From: a virus
Lineage: Duplodnaviria > Caudoviricetes
Strand: one strand, 5' to 3'
Virus record (IMG/VR): IMGVR_UViG_3300037493_000871
Span: 1,571 to 65,570 of that record
DNA: 64,000 nt
Positions 10,173 through 19,539 of this stretch are shown here, one piece after another. A program made the position numbers and the translations under genes. Position 1 is the stretch's first letter. Each line of letters opens with the position of its first letter. The notes below the pieces were generated by a model that saw nothing but the letters and a program-made list of their open reading frames with translations, made no database searches and was not told the DNA's origin.

Positions 10173-10364
10173 ATGACCGAACACAGTGAAACAACAAAAC
10201 ATGTGGTGGACGCTCTATCGTTCATTACTGTACTAGGGACTTTGGCAGACATGCTTCCTTCAATCGCAGCACTATTCACGATTGTGTGGACCAGCATCCG
10301 CATTTGGGAAACCCCAACAGTACAAGGTTGGCTTGGCCGAACCGGGGGCAGCGATGCCGAGTAG
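10173..10364 (+). CDS. small membrane protein (holin-like?)
   Basis: 63 aa with hydrophobic segment. Confidence 0.55.
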   Translation: MTEHSETTKHVVDALSFITVLGTLADMLPSIAALFTIVWTSIRIWETPTVQGWLGRTGGSDAE

Positions 10365-10704
10365 TTCCAAAAAACAACACAACTTCATGCAAGCGATCGC
10401 GCACTCGCCTTCGTTTGCCAAGAAGGTAGGCATCCCACAGTCCGTGGGCAAAGACTTTTCAACTGCGGACAAGGGCCGCAAATTCTCCAAAGGTGGCGAT
10501 ATGAAACATGAAGACGTGAAGATGGACAAAGCCATGATGCAAAAGGCTGTGAACAAACACGAAGGCCGTTTGCATAAAGGTGAGCCCATGACTAAGCTGG
10601 CTAAGGGCGGCTTTACTCGCGCTGCTGATGGCATTGCCAGCAAAGGCAAAACCAAAGCCAAGCAAATCGTCATGTGCGGTGGCGGCATGGCCAAACGTAA
10701 ATAA
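10354..10704 (+). CDS. small basic protein
   Basis: MPSSSKKQHNFM start; Lys-rich; xGG motifs and ADGIA..GKT motif. Confidence 0.75.
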   Translation: MPSSSKKQHNFMQAIAHSPSFAKKVGIPQSVGKDFSTADKGRKFSKGGDMKHEDVKMDKAMMQKAVNKHEGRLHKGEPMTKLAKGGFTRAADGIASKGKTKAKQIVMCGGGMAKRK

Positions 10705-10714
10705 GGAGAATATT

Positions 10715-10930
10715 ATGGCTGAAAAACAAATGAGTCCCGCTGAGCAAGAAGCCCGAGGCATGATTGCCGACATGAAGCTGCAAAAAGCGTCTGAAAAAGC
10801 TTATGACAAGGCTGACAAAACGCCCGCAGCGCCGGCCCCCAAAAAAGCATTTGCTAAAGGAGGTTCTGTGTTCCGGGCTTCGGCCAATGGTATCGCTCAG
10901 CGCGGCAAGACTCGTGGGAAAATGTGCTGA
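10715..10930 (+). CDS. small basic protein
   Basis: SD AAGGAG; FAKGG and ANGIAQRGKTRGK motifs. Confidence 0.75.
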   Translation: MAEKQMSPAEQEARGMIADMKLQKASEKAYDKADKTPAAPAPKKAFAKGGSVFRASANGIAQRGKTRGKMC

Positions 10931-10931
10931 T

Positions 10932-11165
10932 ATGATGGCCAGCCGCGGCATGGGAGACATCGCCGCCTCCAAGATGCCCAAAGGCGTCAAGAAAGCGCGT
11001 CGGGACGACACGGACTTTACTCAGTACGCTGAAGGCGGAAAAGTGGGCCTGTACGCAAATATCAACGCAAAGCGTGCCAAAGGTGCGAAAATGCGTAAGC
11101 CCGGCCAAAAAGGTGCCCCCACCGCTCAGGCTTTTATTGACTCTGCAAAGACGGCTAAATCATGA
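10932..11165 (+). CDS. small basic protein
   Basis: MASRGMG...YAEGGKVGLYANINAKR. Confidence 0.7.
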   Translation: MMASRGMGDIAASKMPKGVKKARRDDTDFTQYAEGGKVGLYANINAKRAKGAKMRKPGQKGAPTAQAFIDSAKTAKS

Positions 11166-12088
11166 CCACTACCGGCTCGACTCTCTTCAACATGGATTTC
11201 ACGGAGATTGCCGAGGAAGCATGGGAGCGTGCGGGCCGGGAGATGCGTTCGGGCTACGACTTGCGCACGGCGCGTCGTTCCATGAACCTGATGACGATTG
11301 AGTGGCAGTCCAAGGGCATCAACATGTGGACAATGGAGCAGGGAATCATCAACCTGACTCCGGGTTTGGCTACCTACGCATTGCCCACGGACACTATTGA
11401 CCTGCTGGAGCATGTGGTTCGCACGGGCTCCAATACGGCTTCCACTCAGGCAGACTTGACCATCAGCCGTATTAGTGTTTCTACCTATGCCACAATCCCA
11501 AACAAGCTGCAGCAAGCCCGGCCCATCCAAGTGTGGGTTCAACGCCTGTCCGGTGAAGTCAACCCTACAAGCTCTACGCTGTCTGTGGGCATCAACGCAA
11601 CCGACACCACGATCACGCTTAACACGGTGGTTGGCCTAGCCAACGCGGGCTTCATTCGTTTGGATGCAGAAGACATTTACTACACCTACGTCACTGGCAA
11701 CGTGCTTGGCGGGGTGTTCCGTGGCCAGAACAATACGGTGGCTGCCTCGCATATTGCGACGACTGCTGTGTTCGTTCCGCAGCTTCCTGCTGTAACTGTG
11801 TGGCCTACCCCGGACAACTCGACACCCTACCAGTTCGTGTACTGGAGACTTCGCCGCGTCCAAGACGCCGGGGCTGGTGCTGAGACTGCTGATATGAACT
11901 TCCGCTTCCTGCCGGCGCTGGCCGCCGGCTTGGCGTACCACATTGCTGTGAAGGTTCCTGAGCTGATGGAGCGCGTGCCCATGCTCAAGCAGATGTACGA
12001 CGAGACGTTTGAGATCGCTGCCGGCGAAGACCGCGAGAAGGCCGCCATCAGATTCGTCCCACGCCAGATGTATATCGGGGGCTCATAA
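11162..12088 (+). CDS. head-tail adaptor-like protein
   Basis: Helical termini (EEAWERAG...AGLAYHIA) flanking beta core with VWPTPD; position. Confidence 0.6.
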   Translation: MTTTGSTLFNMDFTEIAEEAWERAGREMRSGYDLRTARRSMNLMTIEWQSKGINMWTMEQGIINLTPGLATYALPTDTIDLLEHVVRTGSNTASTQADLTISRISVSTYATIPNKLQQARPIQVWVQRLSGEVNPTSSTLSVGINATDTTITLNTVVGLANAGFIRLDAEDIYYTYVTGNVLGGVFRGQNNTVAASHIATTAVFVPQLPAVTVWPTPDNSTPYQFVYWRLRRVQDAGAGAETADMNFRFLPALAAGLAYHIAVKVPELMERVPMLKQMYDETFEIAAGEDREKAAIRFVPRQMYIGGS

Positions 12089-12477
12089 TGGGTAACCGCT
12101 TCGCGTCTGGCAAGAAAGCGATTGCGGAGTGTGATCGGTGCGGCCAACAGTTCAAGCTGAAGAAGCTCAAAACCGAGATCATCAAGCAGCGCAAATATGA
12201 GCTGCTGGTGTGTCCGGAATGCTGGGACCCCGATCAGCCGCAGTTGATGCTTGGCACGTTTCCGGTAGATGACCCGCAGGCACTGCGCAACCCCCGGCGA
12301 GACACGACATACGTGACGTCCGGGACTAACGCAGCAGGCAATCTGTCCGGTGGCTCGCGGGATATTCAGTGGGGCTGGAGTCCGGTTGGCGGGTCCAGTA
12401 ATTTTGATGCGTCGTTGACCCCCAACTACTTGGTGGGAACGACATTTGTTGGTACAGTTACAGTATCCGTTTCTTAG
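12088..12477 (+). CDS. Zn-ribbon hypothetical protein
   Basis: CDRCG...CPECWD. Confidence 0.7.
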   Translation: MGNRFASGKKAIAECDRCGQQFKLKKLKTEIIKQRKYELLVCPECWDPDQPQLMLGTFPVDDPQALRNPRRDTTYVTSGTNAAGNLSGGSRDIQWGWSPVGGSSNFDASLTPNYLVGTTFVGTVTVSVS

Positions 12478-12486
12478 GAGAAAATC

Positions 12487-12675
12487 ATGGCATTCACACG
12501 ATCTGCAGACGGCATTGCTAAGCAAGGCAAAACCAAAGGCAAAAACTTGGGCGATAGCGGCCCGGCAGTTGGCCTCATGGCCGGCGGCAAAGGCAAAGGC
12601 GGCGGCAAGACTAACGCCAACATGAAGGCTATGGGTCGTAATCTGGCCAAAGTCGCAGCGCAAAAGCGAGGCTAA
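12487..12675 (+). CDS. small basic protein
   Basis: SD AGGAG; RSADGIAKQGKTKGK. Confidence 0.7.
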   Translation: MAFTRSADGIAKQGKTKGKNLGDSGPAVGLMAGGKGKGGGKTNANMKAMGRNLAKVAAQKRG

Positions 12676-12677
12676 TC

Positions 12678-12944
12678 ATGGCTACATTTAGCAAAAAACT
12701 GATGGGCAAAGAAGTTGGCTCCGCCAGCACTTACGCCAAACCGCACACCATGAGTGGCAAAGCTGTTGCTATGGAAACCAATCCCGGCAAAGCACCCAAT
12801 CGCAGCAAGCTCGATGAGTATGATGTGAGCCTCGGCGCTATCAGCAAGTCTGCCGGCGATGAGCAAGTCAAGACCAGTGGCATCAAGGTTCGTGGAACTG
12901 GCGCGGCCACAAAAGGTTTGATGGCCCGAGGCCCGATGGCGTAA
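12678..12944 (+). CDS. small basic protein
   Basis: SD GAGG; RGTGAATKG. Confidence 0.7.
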   Translation: MATFSKKLMGKEVGSASTYAKPHTMSGKAVAMETNPGKAPNRSKLDEYDVSLGAISKSAGDEQVKTSGIKVRGTGAATKGLMARGPMA

Positions 12945-12947
12945 GAC

Positions 12948-13601
12948 ATGACCTACACCGAACTCGTCACTCAAGTCTCCAATTACTTGGAGAACACGTT
13001 CGACACTGATGTCATGGATACCATGATTCGTCAGGCAGAGCAGCGTATTTACAACACGGTTCAATTGGCGAACCTGCGTAAAAACGTGACGGGTACCATC
13101 AGCGCGAACAACCAGTACTTGGCATGCCCTGACGACTTTCTGTCAACATACTCACTGGCGGTATTCCCTGAAGGCGGTGGAGACTACCTGTACTTGCTGA
13201 ACAAGGACGTGAACTTCATGCGGGAAGCGTACCCAAACCCGGCAACTACGGGCAAGCCCAAGCACTACGCAATCTTTGGGCCACAAAGTGCCAACGTCAA
13301 TGAGTTGGCGTTTTTGGTGGGCCCCACCCCAAGTATCACGTACAGCGCAGAGCTGCACTACTACTATTTCCCCGAGTCAATCGTGACTGCAGGAACTACG
13401 TGGCTAGGCGACAACTTTGATTCTGCGCTGCTGTACGGCACGATGTGCGAGGCAATCACCTACATCAAGGGTGAGGCCGATATGGTCAAGCTGTATCAAG
13501 ATCGCTATGTGCAGGCTATTGCGCTGCTCAAGAACTTGGGTGACGGCAAGCAACGCGCCGATGCCTACCGTGACGGGCAAGCTAGGATTCAGGTCTCATG
13601 A
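12948..13601 (+). CDS. second adaptor / tail tubular-like protein
   Basis: MTYTEL...QAEQRI, GPTP, ALLYG..EA patterns. Confidence 0.6.
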   Translation: MTYTELVTQVSNYLENTFDTDVMDTMIRQAEQRIYNTVQLANLRKNVTGTISANNQYLACPDDFLSTYSLAVFPEGGGDYLYLLNKDVNFMREAYPNPATTGKPKHYAIFGPQSANVNELAFLVGPTPSITYSAELHYYYFPESIVTAGTTWLGDNFDSALLYGTMCEAITYIKGEADMVKLYQDRYVQAIALLKNLGDGKQRADAYRDGQARIQVS

Positions 13602-14017
13602 GCTCGATTGCCCAAACGCAAACCACCAGCTTCAAAAAAGAGCTGTATCAGGGCATCCATGACCTGTCTACCGACACGATCTACATCGCCCTATACACTG
13701 CTGCCGCTGACCTGAACCAAGCCACTACCATATACAGCGCAACCAATGAGGTTGCGGCCTCTGGCTACACGGCGGGCGGGCAGGTTATGACTGGTGTGTC
13801 GATCAGCTCCGATGGCTATACAGCCTATGTCAACTGGGACAATGTGAGCTGGACAACAGCGGTTACAGCCCGGTGCGCGTTGATCTACAACGTCACGCAA
13901 GGCAACAAGTCGGTGGCAGTGCTGGACTTTGGTTCAGACAAGACATCGACAACCACGTTCCTCATCACCATGCCCGCCAATACGGCAACGGCAGCCCTTA
14001 TCAGGAGTTCAAATTGA
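13598..14017 (+). CDS. tail-associated structural protein
   Basis: SFK.EL..G.H...ALYT...YSATNEV...GYTAGG; paralog of 14218-14694. Confidence 0.7.
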   Translation: MSSIAQTQTTSFKKELYQGIHDLSTDTIYIALYTAAADLNQATTIYSATNEVAASGYTAGGQVMTGVSISSDGYTAYVNWDNVSWTTAVTARCALIYNVTQGNKSVAVLDFGSDKTSTTTFLITMPANTATAALIRSSN

Positions 14018-14208
14018 TCGTTACCACCACCAAAGGCGACATGGACGACTCCTTACTTGAGCGTAAGGATGGGGCCGTAGACAACGACAATGAGCACACC
14101 ACTTGGGTGGAGTATTGGCTGGATGGCGAATTGGTTCACCGTTCGGTGCATGTGACTTTAAAGAAAACACCCACTTTTGCTGTTGCTGAAGCAGCGGCTA
14201 TCGCATAA
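14014..14208 (+). CDS. small hypothetical protein
   Basis: TTG start with SD AGGAG; WVEYWLDGELVHRS. Confidence 0.6.
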   Translation: MIVTTTKGDMDDSLLERKDGAVDNDNEHTTWVEYWLDGELVHRSVHVTLKKTPTFAVAEAAAIA

Positions 14209-14217
14209 GGAGCCACC

Positions 14218-14694
14218 ATGGCAAACACGCAAAGCATGACAACCAGTTTCATGGGCGAGCTAATGACAGCTACCCACAATTTTGGCGTTGCCCCAATCCG
14301 CGCAGCGACCACCGCTGACACCTTTAAGGCGGCGCTGTACTTGACCAGTGCCACAGTCAACGCGGCTACTACTGCGTACTCGGCAACCAACGAAGTCTCC
14401 GGCGCGGGCTATACGGCTGGCGGCGTTGCGGTAACCAACGCAACTCCTCCTACGGCGACCAACAGCTCGGCCACTGCAGGCGTAGCATATTGGACCCCTT
14501 CTGCTTCGATCACGTACACCTCGGTGACCTTGACGACCGCCTTTGATGCAGTCCTGATATACAACAGCACGCAGTCCAACAAAGCAGTGTCAGTGCATAC
14601 GTTTGGTTCACAGACCATCACCGCGGGCACGTTTGTATTGACCATGCCAGCCAACACCACTTCAACCGCATTGTTGCGCTTGTCTACAACCTGA
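14218..14694 (+). CDS. tail-associated structural protein (paralog of 13598-14017)
   Basis: Shared YSATNEV..GYTAGG, LIYN.TQ.NK.V, TMPANT. Confidence 0.72.
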   Translation: MANTQSMTTSFMGELMTATHNFGVAPIRAATTADTFKAALYLTSATVNAATTAYSATNEVSGAGYTAGGVAVTNATPPTATNSSATAGVAYWTPSASITYTSVTLTTAFDAVLIYNSTQSNKAVSVHTFGSQTITAGTFVLTMPANTTSTALLRLSTT

Positions 14695-14704
14695 TAGGTG
14701 AGCC

Positions 14705-15592
14705 ATGTCTCTCGGCTGGGGTGACGGCGCGTGGGGAAGTAATGGCTGGGGCGGTACTCTTGACGCTACTGGCGTTGCGGCTACCGGCGCAGTCTCTTCA
14801 GTCACGCCTGTCATTTCGATTGCGCTCACGGGCGTGGGCGGGGACGGCGCAGTAGGGACTGTTGAAGAGTCGATCCGCGTTCCCGAACTTGGCGATTCCG
14901 CGGTAGGGACGGTGGGGGTTGTTGGCCCGATCATCTCTGTGGCTATAACAGGTGTTGGAGCCTCCGGCGCTGTAGGCTCTGTCGTCAAGAGTCAGTCCGT
15001 GGCGCTAACAAGTGCATGGGCCACAGGCGCAGTCAACTCCGTCATACACTCGGCCACGGTAGCTTTGGCAGGCGTGCCCAGCGCGGGCTTGGTCGGCACG
15101 GTCAGCCCGGATAAAAGCATTGGGCTCACAGGAGTTGGCGCAGACGGCGCAGTTGGCACCGTAACGCAATCCGCTACTGTTGAGCTGTTGGGTGTTTCCG
15201 GTATTGGCACCGCGGGGCAGGTCATTGTCCCGCTACTTCCTGTTATAGCCGCAGGCGACATTGGCTCGGTGGGGCCGGTTATTTCGATCGAACTGACTGG
15301 CGTAGGCGGTAGCGGCGAGCTAGGGGCTATAGAAATGGCTCCGCGTAGTTTTGCACTGACAGGCGTCTTTGCGCAGGGTGCAGTGGGTGATGTGATCGCC
15401 GTATACTGGAAGCCAATACCGGACGACCAAAACCCTGATTGGCAAAATATCAATAATGCGCAGACTTCCGGTTGGGCATTAATAGGTGACACGCAGACTC
15501 CAAGCTGGCAAAATGTGAGTAATTCGCAAACGCCCGCTTGGGGCGGTGTTGAAACAGTACAGACCCCCGAATGGGAAGACGTCGTAACTTGA
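14705..15592 (+). CDS. Gly/Val-rich repetitive tail fibre-like protein
   Basis: Repeated LTGVxxxGAVGxV units; Trp-spaced C-terminal repeats. Confidence 0.65.
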   Translation: MSLGWGDGAWGSNGWGGTLDATGVAATGAVSSVTPVISIALTGVGGDGAVGTVEESIRVPELGDSAVGTVGVVGPIISVAITGVGASGAVGSVVKSQSVALTSAWATGAVNSVIHSATVALAGVPSAGLVGTVSPDKSIGLTGVGADGAVGTVTQSATVELLGVSGIGTAGQVIVPLLPVIAAGDIGSVGPVISIELTGVGGSGELGAIEMAPRSFALTGVFAQGAVGDVIAVYWKPIPDDQNPDWQNINNAQTSGWALIGDTQTPSWQNVSNSQTPAWGGVETVQTPEWEDVVT

Positions 15593-15602
15593 GGTTTACA
15601 TA

Positions 15603-18185
15603 ATGACTACAGCATACTCACCACTCTTGGGCTTGGCCCTGCCGGTCACGGGCGAACTCAGCGGCACATGGGGCGATATCGTAAACAACTCGATTACGTC
15701 CCTGCTGGACTCCGCGGTGGCGGGCACTACGACCCTGAGCACTGACTTAGACGTTACGTTGAGCACCACTACAGGCGCATCCAACACGGCGCGTGAGGCT
15801 ATTCTGTTGTTCTCTGGCGCACGCACTGCATTGCGCACCATCACTGCCCCGGCTCAGTCCAAGATTTACACCGTCATCAACGCAACCACTGGCGGGTTTG
15901 GCGTGAACGTTGTTGGCGCTGGCCCGACTACCGGCGTGACCATTGCTGCGGGCGAATCCGCCGTCATTGCATGGAACGGCTCCGACTTCATCAAGATCAG
16001 CAACACTTCGGGCGCAGGCGTCTTTACGTCCCTCACCAACACCAGCTTGACCTCTGGCCGGGTGGTCTACAGCACCACCGGTGGCCTTGAGACTGATTCC
16101 GCAAACTTGGCTTTCACCGGCACCCAGTTGGTCATTGGCGGCGGTTCTGCGGTCACCAAGCTGACCGTTGCCGGAGCTTTAAGCTCAAGCGCTTCCGAGG
16201 CGGTGACCTACACAACATCGGGTAGCACCGCCACAGCCAATACAAGCCTGTTCATTACGTCCCCAGTGACGTTGGGTACAAACGTATCGTATGGTTCGCT
16301 GGTCAACCAAACAATTACTGGGACATCTTCGTCTGGGTACAACTCTACTGGCTATAGCACAGTTCAAAAATTGGGGGCGGTAACCGGCGCTTCGCCACAG
16401 GCTTATGGTTTTGGGGCCACTATATCTCGCGGGGATGCCTCAGATACTGCAACAGGGGCTACCCTGCGTGGTGGGTCTTTCTCGGTATTCACGGAGCCAA
16501 CCTTAAATAGTGCGGCTACAGTTAACGTGCTAATGGGGCTTAACACGCAATCAACTGTGGACAGTCCCGGTTTAATTACACTCTTAGGGGGGGTAAACGC
16601 GCCTGTTTCTCTTAGTTCGCCCACTGCCACAACCAATACAAATGCAACCTCCGTTACTGGGGTTTCAAGTTTTATCAATGTCGGAATTAACACAGGCACA
16701 GCAGGGCTAACACATACAGTTGGGACAATTTCCGGGGTCTCCTTGGGGGGGAATATCGGGTCGGGCACAGTCGCATCTACAACAAACGTAACCACCGTTT
16801 ACCGTTTCAATTCTGGGGTATCAACTATTGGTAGTGCCACCGCCACTGCAACAGTGACAAACTGGTATGGGCTAAACATTGGGGCCATGACTTTAGGAGC
16901 CCTTGGCACAATCACAAACCGCTATGGCATCTATGTGGCTGACACTGTTGCCAAGAACTACTTCGGTGGCTTTGTGGGCATCGGCAACACGGCTCCCGCA
17001 TTTAACCTTGATGTGACCGGCACGGCCAACATTACAGGCGCTGTGACGCTTGCTGGAGGCACTGCCAATGGTGTCGCCTACCTGAACGGCTCCAAGGTGC
17101 TCACAACGGGCGCTACGCTGGTCACTGACGGCACAAACTTGCTGGTCAATACCGCAACTGCGGTTACCAAACTGACGGTCAACGGGGCTCTTAGCTCGGG
17201 TGCTTCTGAGGCTGTAACGTACACCACATCGGCAGGCACGGCCACCGCTAATACCAGCCAGTTCATTAACTCGCCCGTTACGTTGGGCACAAACATTTCA
17301 ATTGGCTCGTTGGTCAACCAAGCGATTACTGGGACATCTTCGTCTGGGTACAACTCTACTGGCTATAGCGCAGTTCAGAACATCGGCGCTATTACAGGTA
17401 CTGGGTCATTGACTTATGGTTTTAGCTCCATTATTTCTCGTGGGAATGCCTCAGATACTACAACTAATGGACAAATTTATGGGTTTTTCTCACAACCTCA
17501 AACTTTATCAACATTGCCTAGTTCTGCCACCACTAATTTGATTGCTGGGTATATTACGAGTCCAGCTATCAATGGCGGGGGATTAGTAAGCGGCATGAAC
17601 GGTTTACGCGCAACAATGAATCAGGCCACAAACCCTGCGGCTAATACTTCATCGACAACTGTTTGTGTGGCTCAAGGAGGAATTAACTTTGCCATATCTA
17701 CGGGAGTTGCTACAACGCACACTACAACAACGGCAGCACACTATCTTGCCATTATGAATTTCGGAAGTGGAAGTTCCGGCAGCACGTCTACGGCAACGAC
17801 CTATTTCCTTGTTGGAAATCTATCATCGCCTACCATTGGCAGCGCTACTGACACTGCAACAATCACGAATTGGTACGGGGTGAACTTGCTGGCTCCAACC
17901 GTAGGAGCCCTTGGCACAATCACGAACCGCTGGGGTATCTACTCATCTGACACAGTGGCTAAAAACTACTTCGGCGGCACTGTGGCCGTAGGAACAACAA
18001 CGCCTTCTGCTTCGGCTATTTTGGACGCGCAAAGCACCACAAAAGGTGTGCGCATGCCCAACATGACCACCACCCAGAAGAACGCCATTGCAAGCCCCGC
18101 AGCGGGCCTGATGGTGTTTGATACCACCCTCGCAAAACTCTGCGTTTATTCTGGCGCTGCTTGGCAGACCATCACTTCAATCTAA
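15603..18185 (+). CDS. tail fibre / receptor-binding protein with internal duplication
   Basis: N-terminal L.LP.TGE.SGTWG anchor; Thr/Gly/Ser-rich; C-terminal STTKG..MP.MTTTQKNAI..PA.GL.VFDT. Confidence 0.8.
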   Translation: MTTAYSPLLGLALPVTGELSGTWGDIVNNSITSLLDSAVAGTTTLSTDLDVTLSTTTGASNTAREAILLFSGARTALRTITAPAQSKIYTVINATTGGFGVNVVGAGPTTGVTIAAGESAVIAWNGSDFIKISNTSGAGVFTSLTNTSLTSGRVVYSTTGGLETDSANLAFTGTQLVIGGGSAVTKLTVAGALSSSASEAVTYTTSGSTATANTSLFITSPVTLGTNVSYGSLVNQTITGTSSSGYNSTGYSTVQKLGAVTGASPQAYGFGATISRGDASDTATGATLRGGSFSVFTEPTLNSAATVNVLMGLNTQSTVDSPGLITLLGGVNAPVSLSSPTATTNTNATSVTGVSSFINVGINTGTAGLTHTVGTISGVSLGGNIGSGTVASTTNVTTVYRFNSGVSTIGSATATATVTNWYGLNIGAMTLGALGTITNRYGIYVADTVAKNYFGGFVGIGNTAPAFNLDVTGTANITGAVTLAGGTANGVAYLNGSKVLTTGATLVTDGTNLLVNTATAVTKLTVNGALSSGASEAVTYTTSAGTATANTSQFINSPVTLGTNISIGSLVNQAITGTSSSGYNSTGYSAVQNIGAITGTGSLTYGFSSIISRGNASDTTTNGQIYGFFSQPQTLSTLPSSATTNLIAGYITSPAINGGGLVSGMNGLRATMNQATNPAANTSSTTVCVAQGGINFAISTGVATTHTTTTAAHYLAIMNFGSGSSGSTSTATTYFLVGNLSSPTIGSATDTATITNWYGVNLLAPTVGALGTITNRWGIYSSDTVAKNYFGGTVAVGTTTPSASAILDAQSTTKGVRMPNMTTTQKNAIASPAAGLMVFDTTLAKLCVYSGAAWQTITSI

Positions 18186-18193
18186 GGACACCC

Positions 18194-18580
18194 ATGACTA
18201 CTTACACTTGGAAAATCAACCAACTCGAATGCACCCCAGCCGTGGGTGACAAGACAAACGTGGTCGCTTGCGTCCACTGGACTTGCGAGGGCACTGACGG
18301 CGTTGTGACCGGCCACCACCATGGCGTTACAGGCTTCATGTACAAGGAAGGCGGCAGCTTCACGCCGTTTGCCAGCCTGACCCAAGATCAGGTGTTGCAG
18401 TGGGTGTTTGGCGCTCTGGAAAAAGAAGCCGACGACGCTTTTGAATCCTTGGACGAAGAAGAGAAAAAGAGCCAGACCCGCATGGGCGGCGTGGAGCGCG
18501 TGCAGGGCTTTGTTGCCGATCACATTCGCCACATTGCGCGTCCGGTTAAATCGGCTGTGCAGTCGCCTTGGGTGGCATAA
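18194..18580 (+). CDS. fibre-associated hypothetical protein
   Basis: MTTYTWKI...FTPFASLTQDQVLQWV...PW; SD AAGGA. Confidence 0.7.
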   Translation: MTTYTWKINQLECTPAVGDKTNVVACVHWTCEGTDGVVTGHHHGVTGFMYKEGGSFTPFASLTQDQVLQWVFGALEKEADDAFESLDEEEKKSQTRMGGVERVQGFVADHIRHIARPVKSAVQSPWVA

Positions 18581-18632
18581 TCGCCCCGGGGTTACACGGC
18601 TTCCCCATTTAAGCCGCTGCTGGAGTTGATAC

Positions 18633-18815
18633 ATGAACGAAGAACTGAACACGCCTATCGAATTGAAACTGCCTTTGGGCGCTGTCAATATCGTGCTGGC
18701 TGCGTTGGCTAAAGCCCCTTATGAGCAAGTTGCTGATTTGGTGCAAACCATCCGTGAACAGGCAATCCCGCAAGTCCCTAAGCCTGCCGCCGCGCCGGCT
18801 GCAGCCGAAGACTAA
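18633..18815 (+). CDS. small helical hypothetical protein
   Basis: SD GGAG; followed by terminator. Confidence 0.7.
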   Translation: MNEELNTPIELKLPLGAVNIVLAALAKAPYEQVADLVQTIREQAIPQVPKPAAAPAAAED

Positions 18816-18818
18816 ATT

Positions 18819-18839
18819 AACGGCCTTCGGGCCGTTTTT
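18819..18839 (+). terminator. intrinsic terminator
   Basis: AACGGCC-TTCG-GGCCGTT-TTT. Confidence 0.85.
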
Positions 18840-18854
18840 CACATAGGAGTTCCC

Positions 18855-19022
18855 ATGAAAACTTATCTGCTTGAACGCGCAAAAGAGCCCTCTACTTGGC
18901 GTGGGGCTGTGCTGCTGTTGACCGCTATCGGGGTTCCAATTGCGCCCGCAATGGTTGAGTCCATCGTCTCCGTTGGCCTGTCTTTGGCCGGCCTGATTGG
19001 TATCTTCGCTGCCGACAAATGA
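18855..19022 (+). CDS. putative holin (55 aa, below ORF-track cutoff)
   Basis: SD AGGAG; MKTYLLERAKEPSTWRGAVLLLTAIGV...GLIGIFAADK with two hydrophobic segments; ATGA overlap with endolysin. Confidence 0.7.
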   Translation: MKTYLLERAKEPSTWRGAVLLLTAIGVPIAPAMVESIVSVGLSLAGLIGIFAADK

Positions 19023-19531
19023 GACAGAACTTTGCCCAAGCCCTGCAAGCCGTCCTGAAACACGAAGGCGGGTTTGTCAACAACCCCAAAGACCCGGGCG
19101 GCATGACCAATCTTGGTTGCACCAAAGCCGTTTGGGAAGAGCACTGCGGCCACCCGGTCGAAGAGAAAGCCATGCGGGCGTTGACACCTGCTGATGTTGC
19201 GCCGCTGTACAAGCGCAAGTACTGGGATAAGGTCCAAGGCGACGAGCTGCCAAATGGCGTGGACTATGTTGTTTTTGATTGCGCTATCAATAGCGGCCCC
19301 GGGCGTGCGGCGAAGATGCTGCAAGCTTGCGTTGGAGTTGAACCTGATGGCGGCATCGGGCCAAAAACGCTTGCGGCAGTAAGGGCTGCGGACCCCCAGC
19401 AGCTCGTAAAAGACTATGCGAAACGTCGGTTATCCTTTATGATGGACTTACCTACTTGGGGTACGTTTGGCAAGGGCTGGACTCGCCGGGTAAACGAAGT
19501 AGAGGCAGTCGGCCTCACCATGACAAAGTGA
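19019..19531 (+). CDS. endolysin, glycoside hydrolase family 108-like
   Basis: HEGGFVNNPKDPGGMTNLG, FD.AINSG, DG.IGPKT, FGKGW.RR. Confidence 0.92.
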   Translation: MRQNFAQALQAVLKHEGGFVNNPKDPGGMTNLGCTKAVWEEHCGHPVEEKAMRALTPADVAPLYKRKYWDKVQGDELPNGVDYVVFDCAINSGPGRAAKMLQACVGVEPDGGIGPKTLAAVRAADPQQLVKDYAKRRLSFMMDLPTWGTFGKGWTRRVNEVEAVGLTMTK

Positions 19532-19539
19532 GGTAGCCA

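Noticed and set aside
16149-17990. Fibre duplication as a DGR template/variable repeat pair
   Set aside because: No reverse transcriptase in the window and both copies are in-frame modules of one gene; differences do not look adenine-specific.
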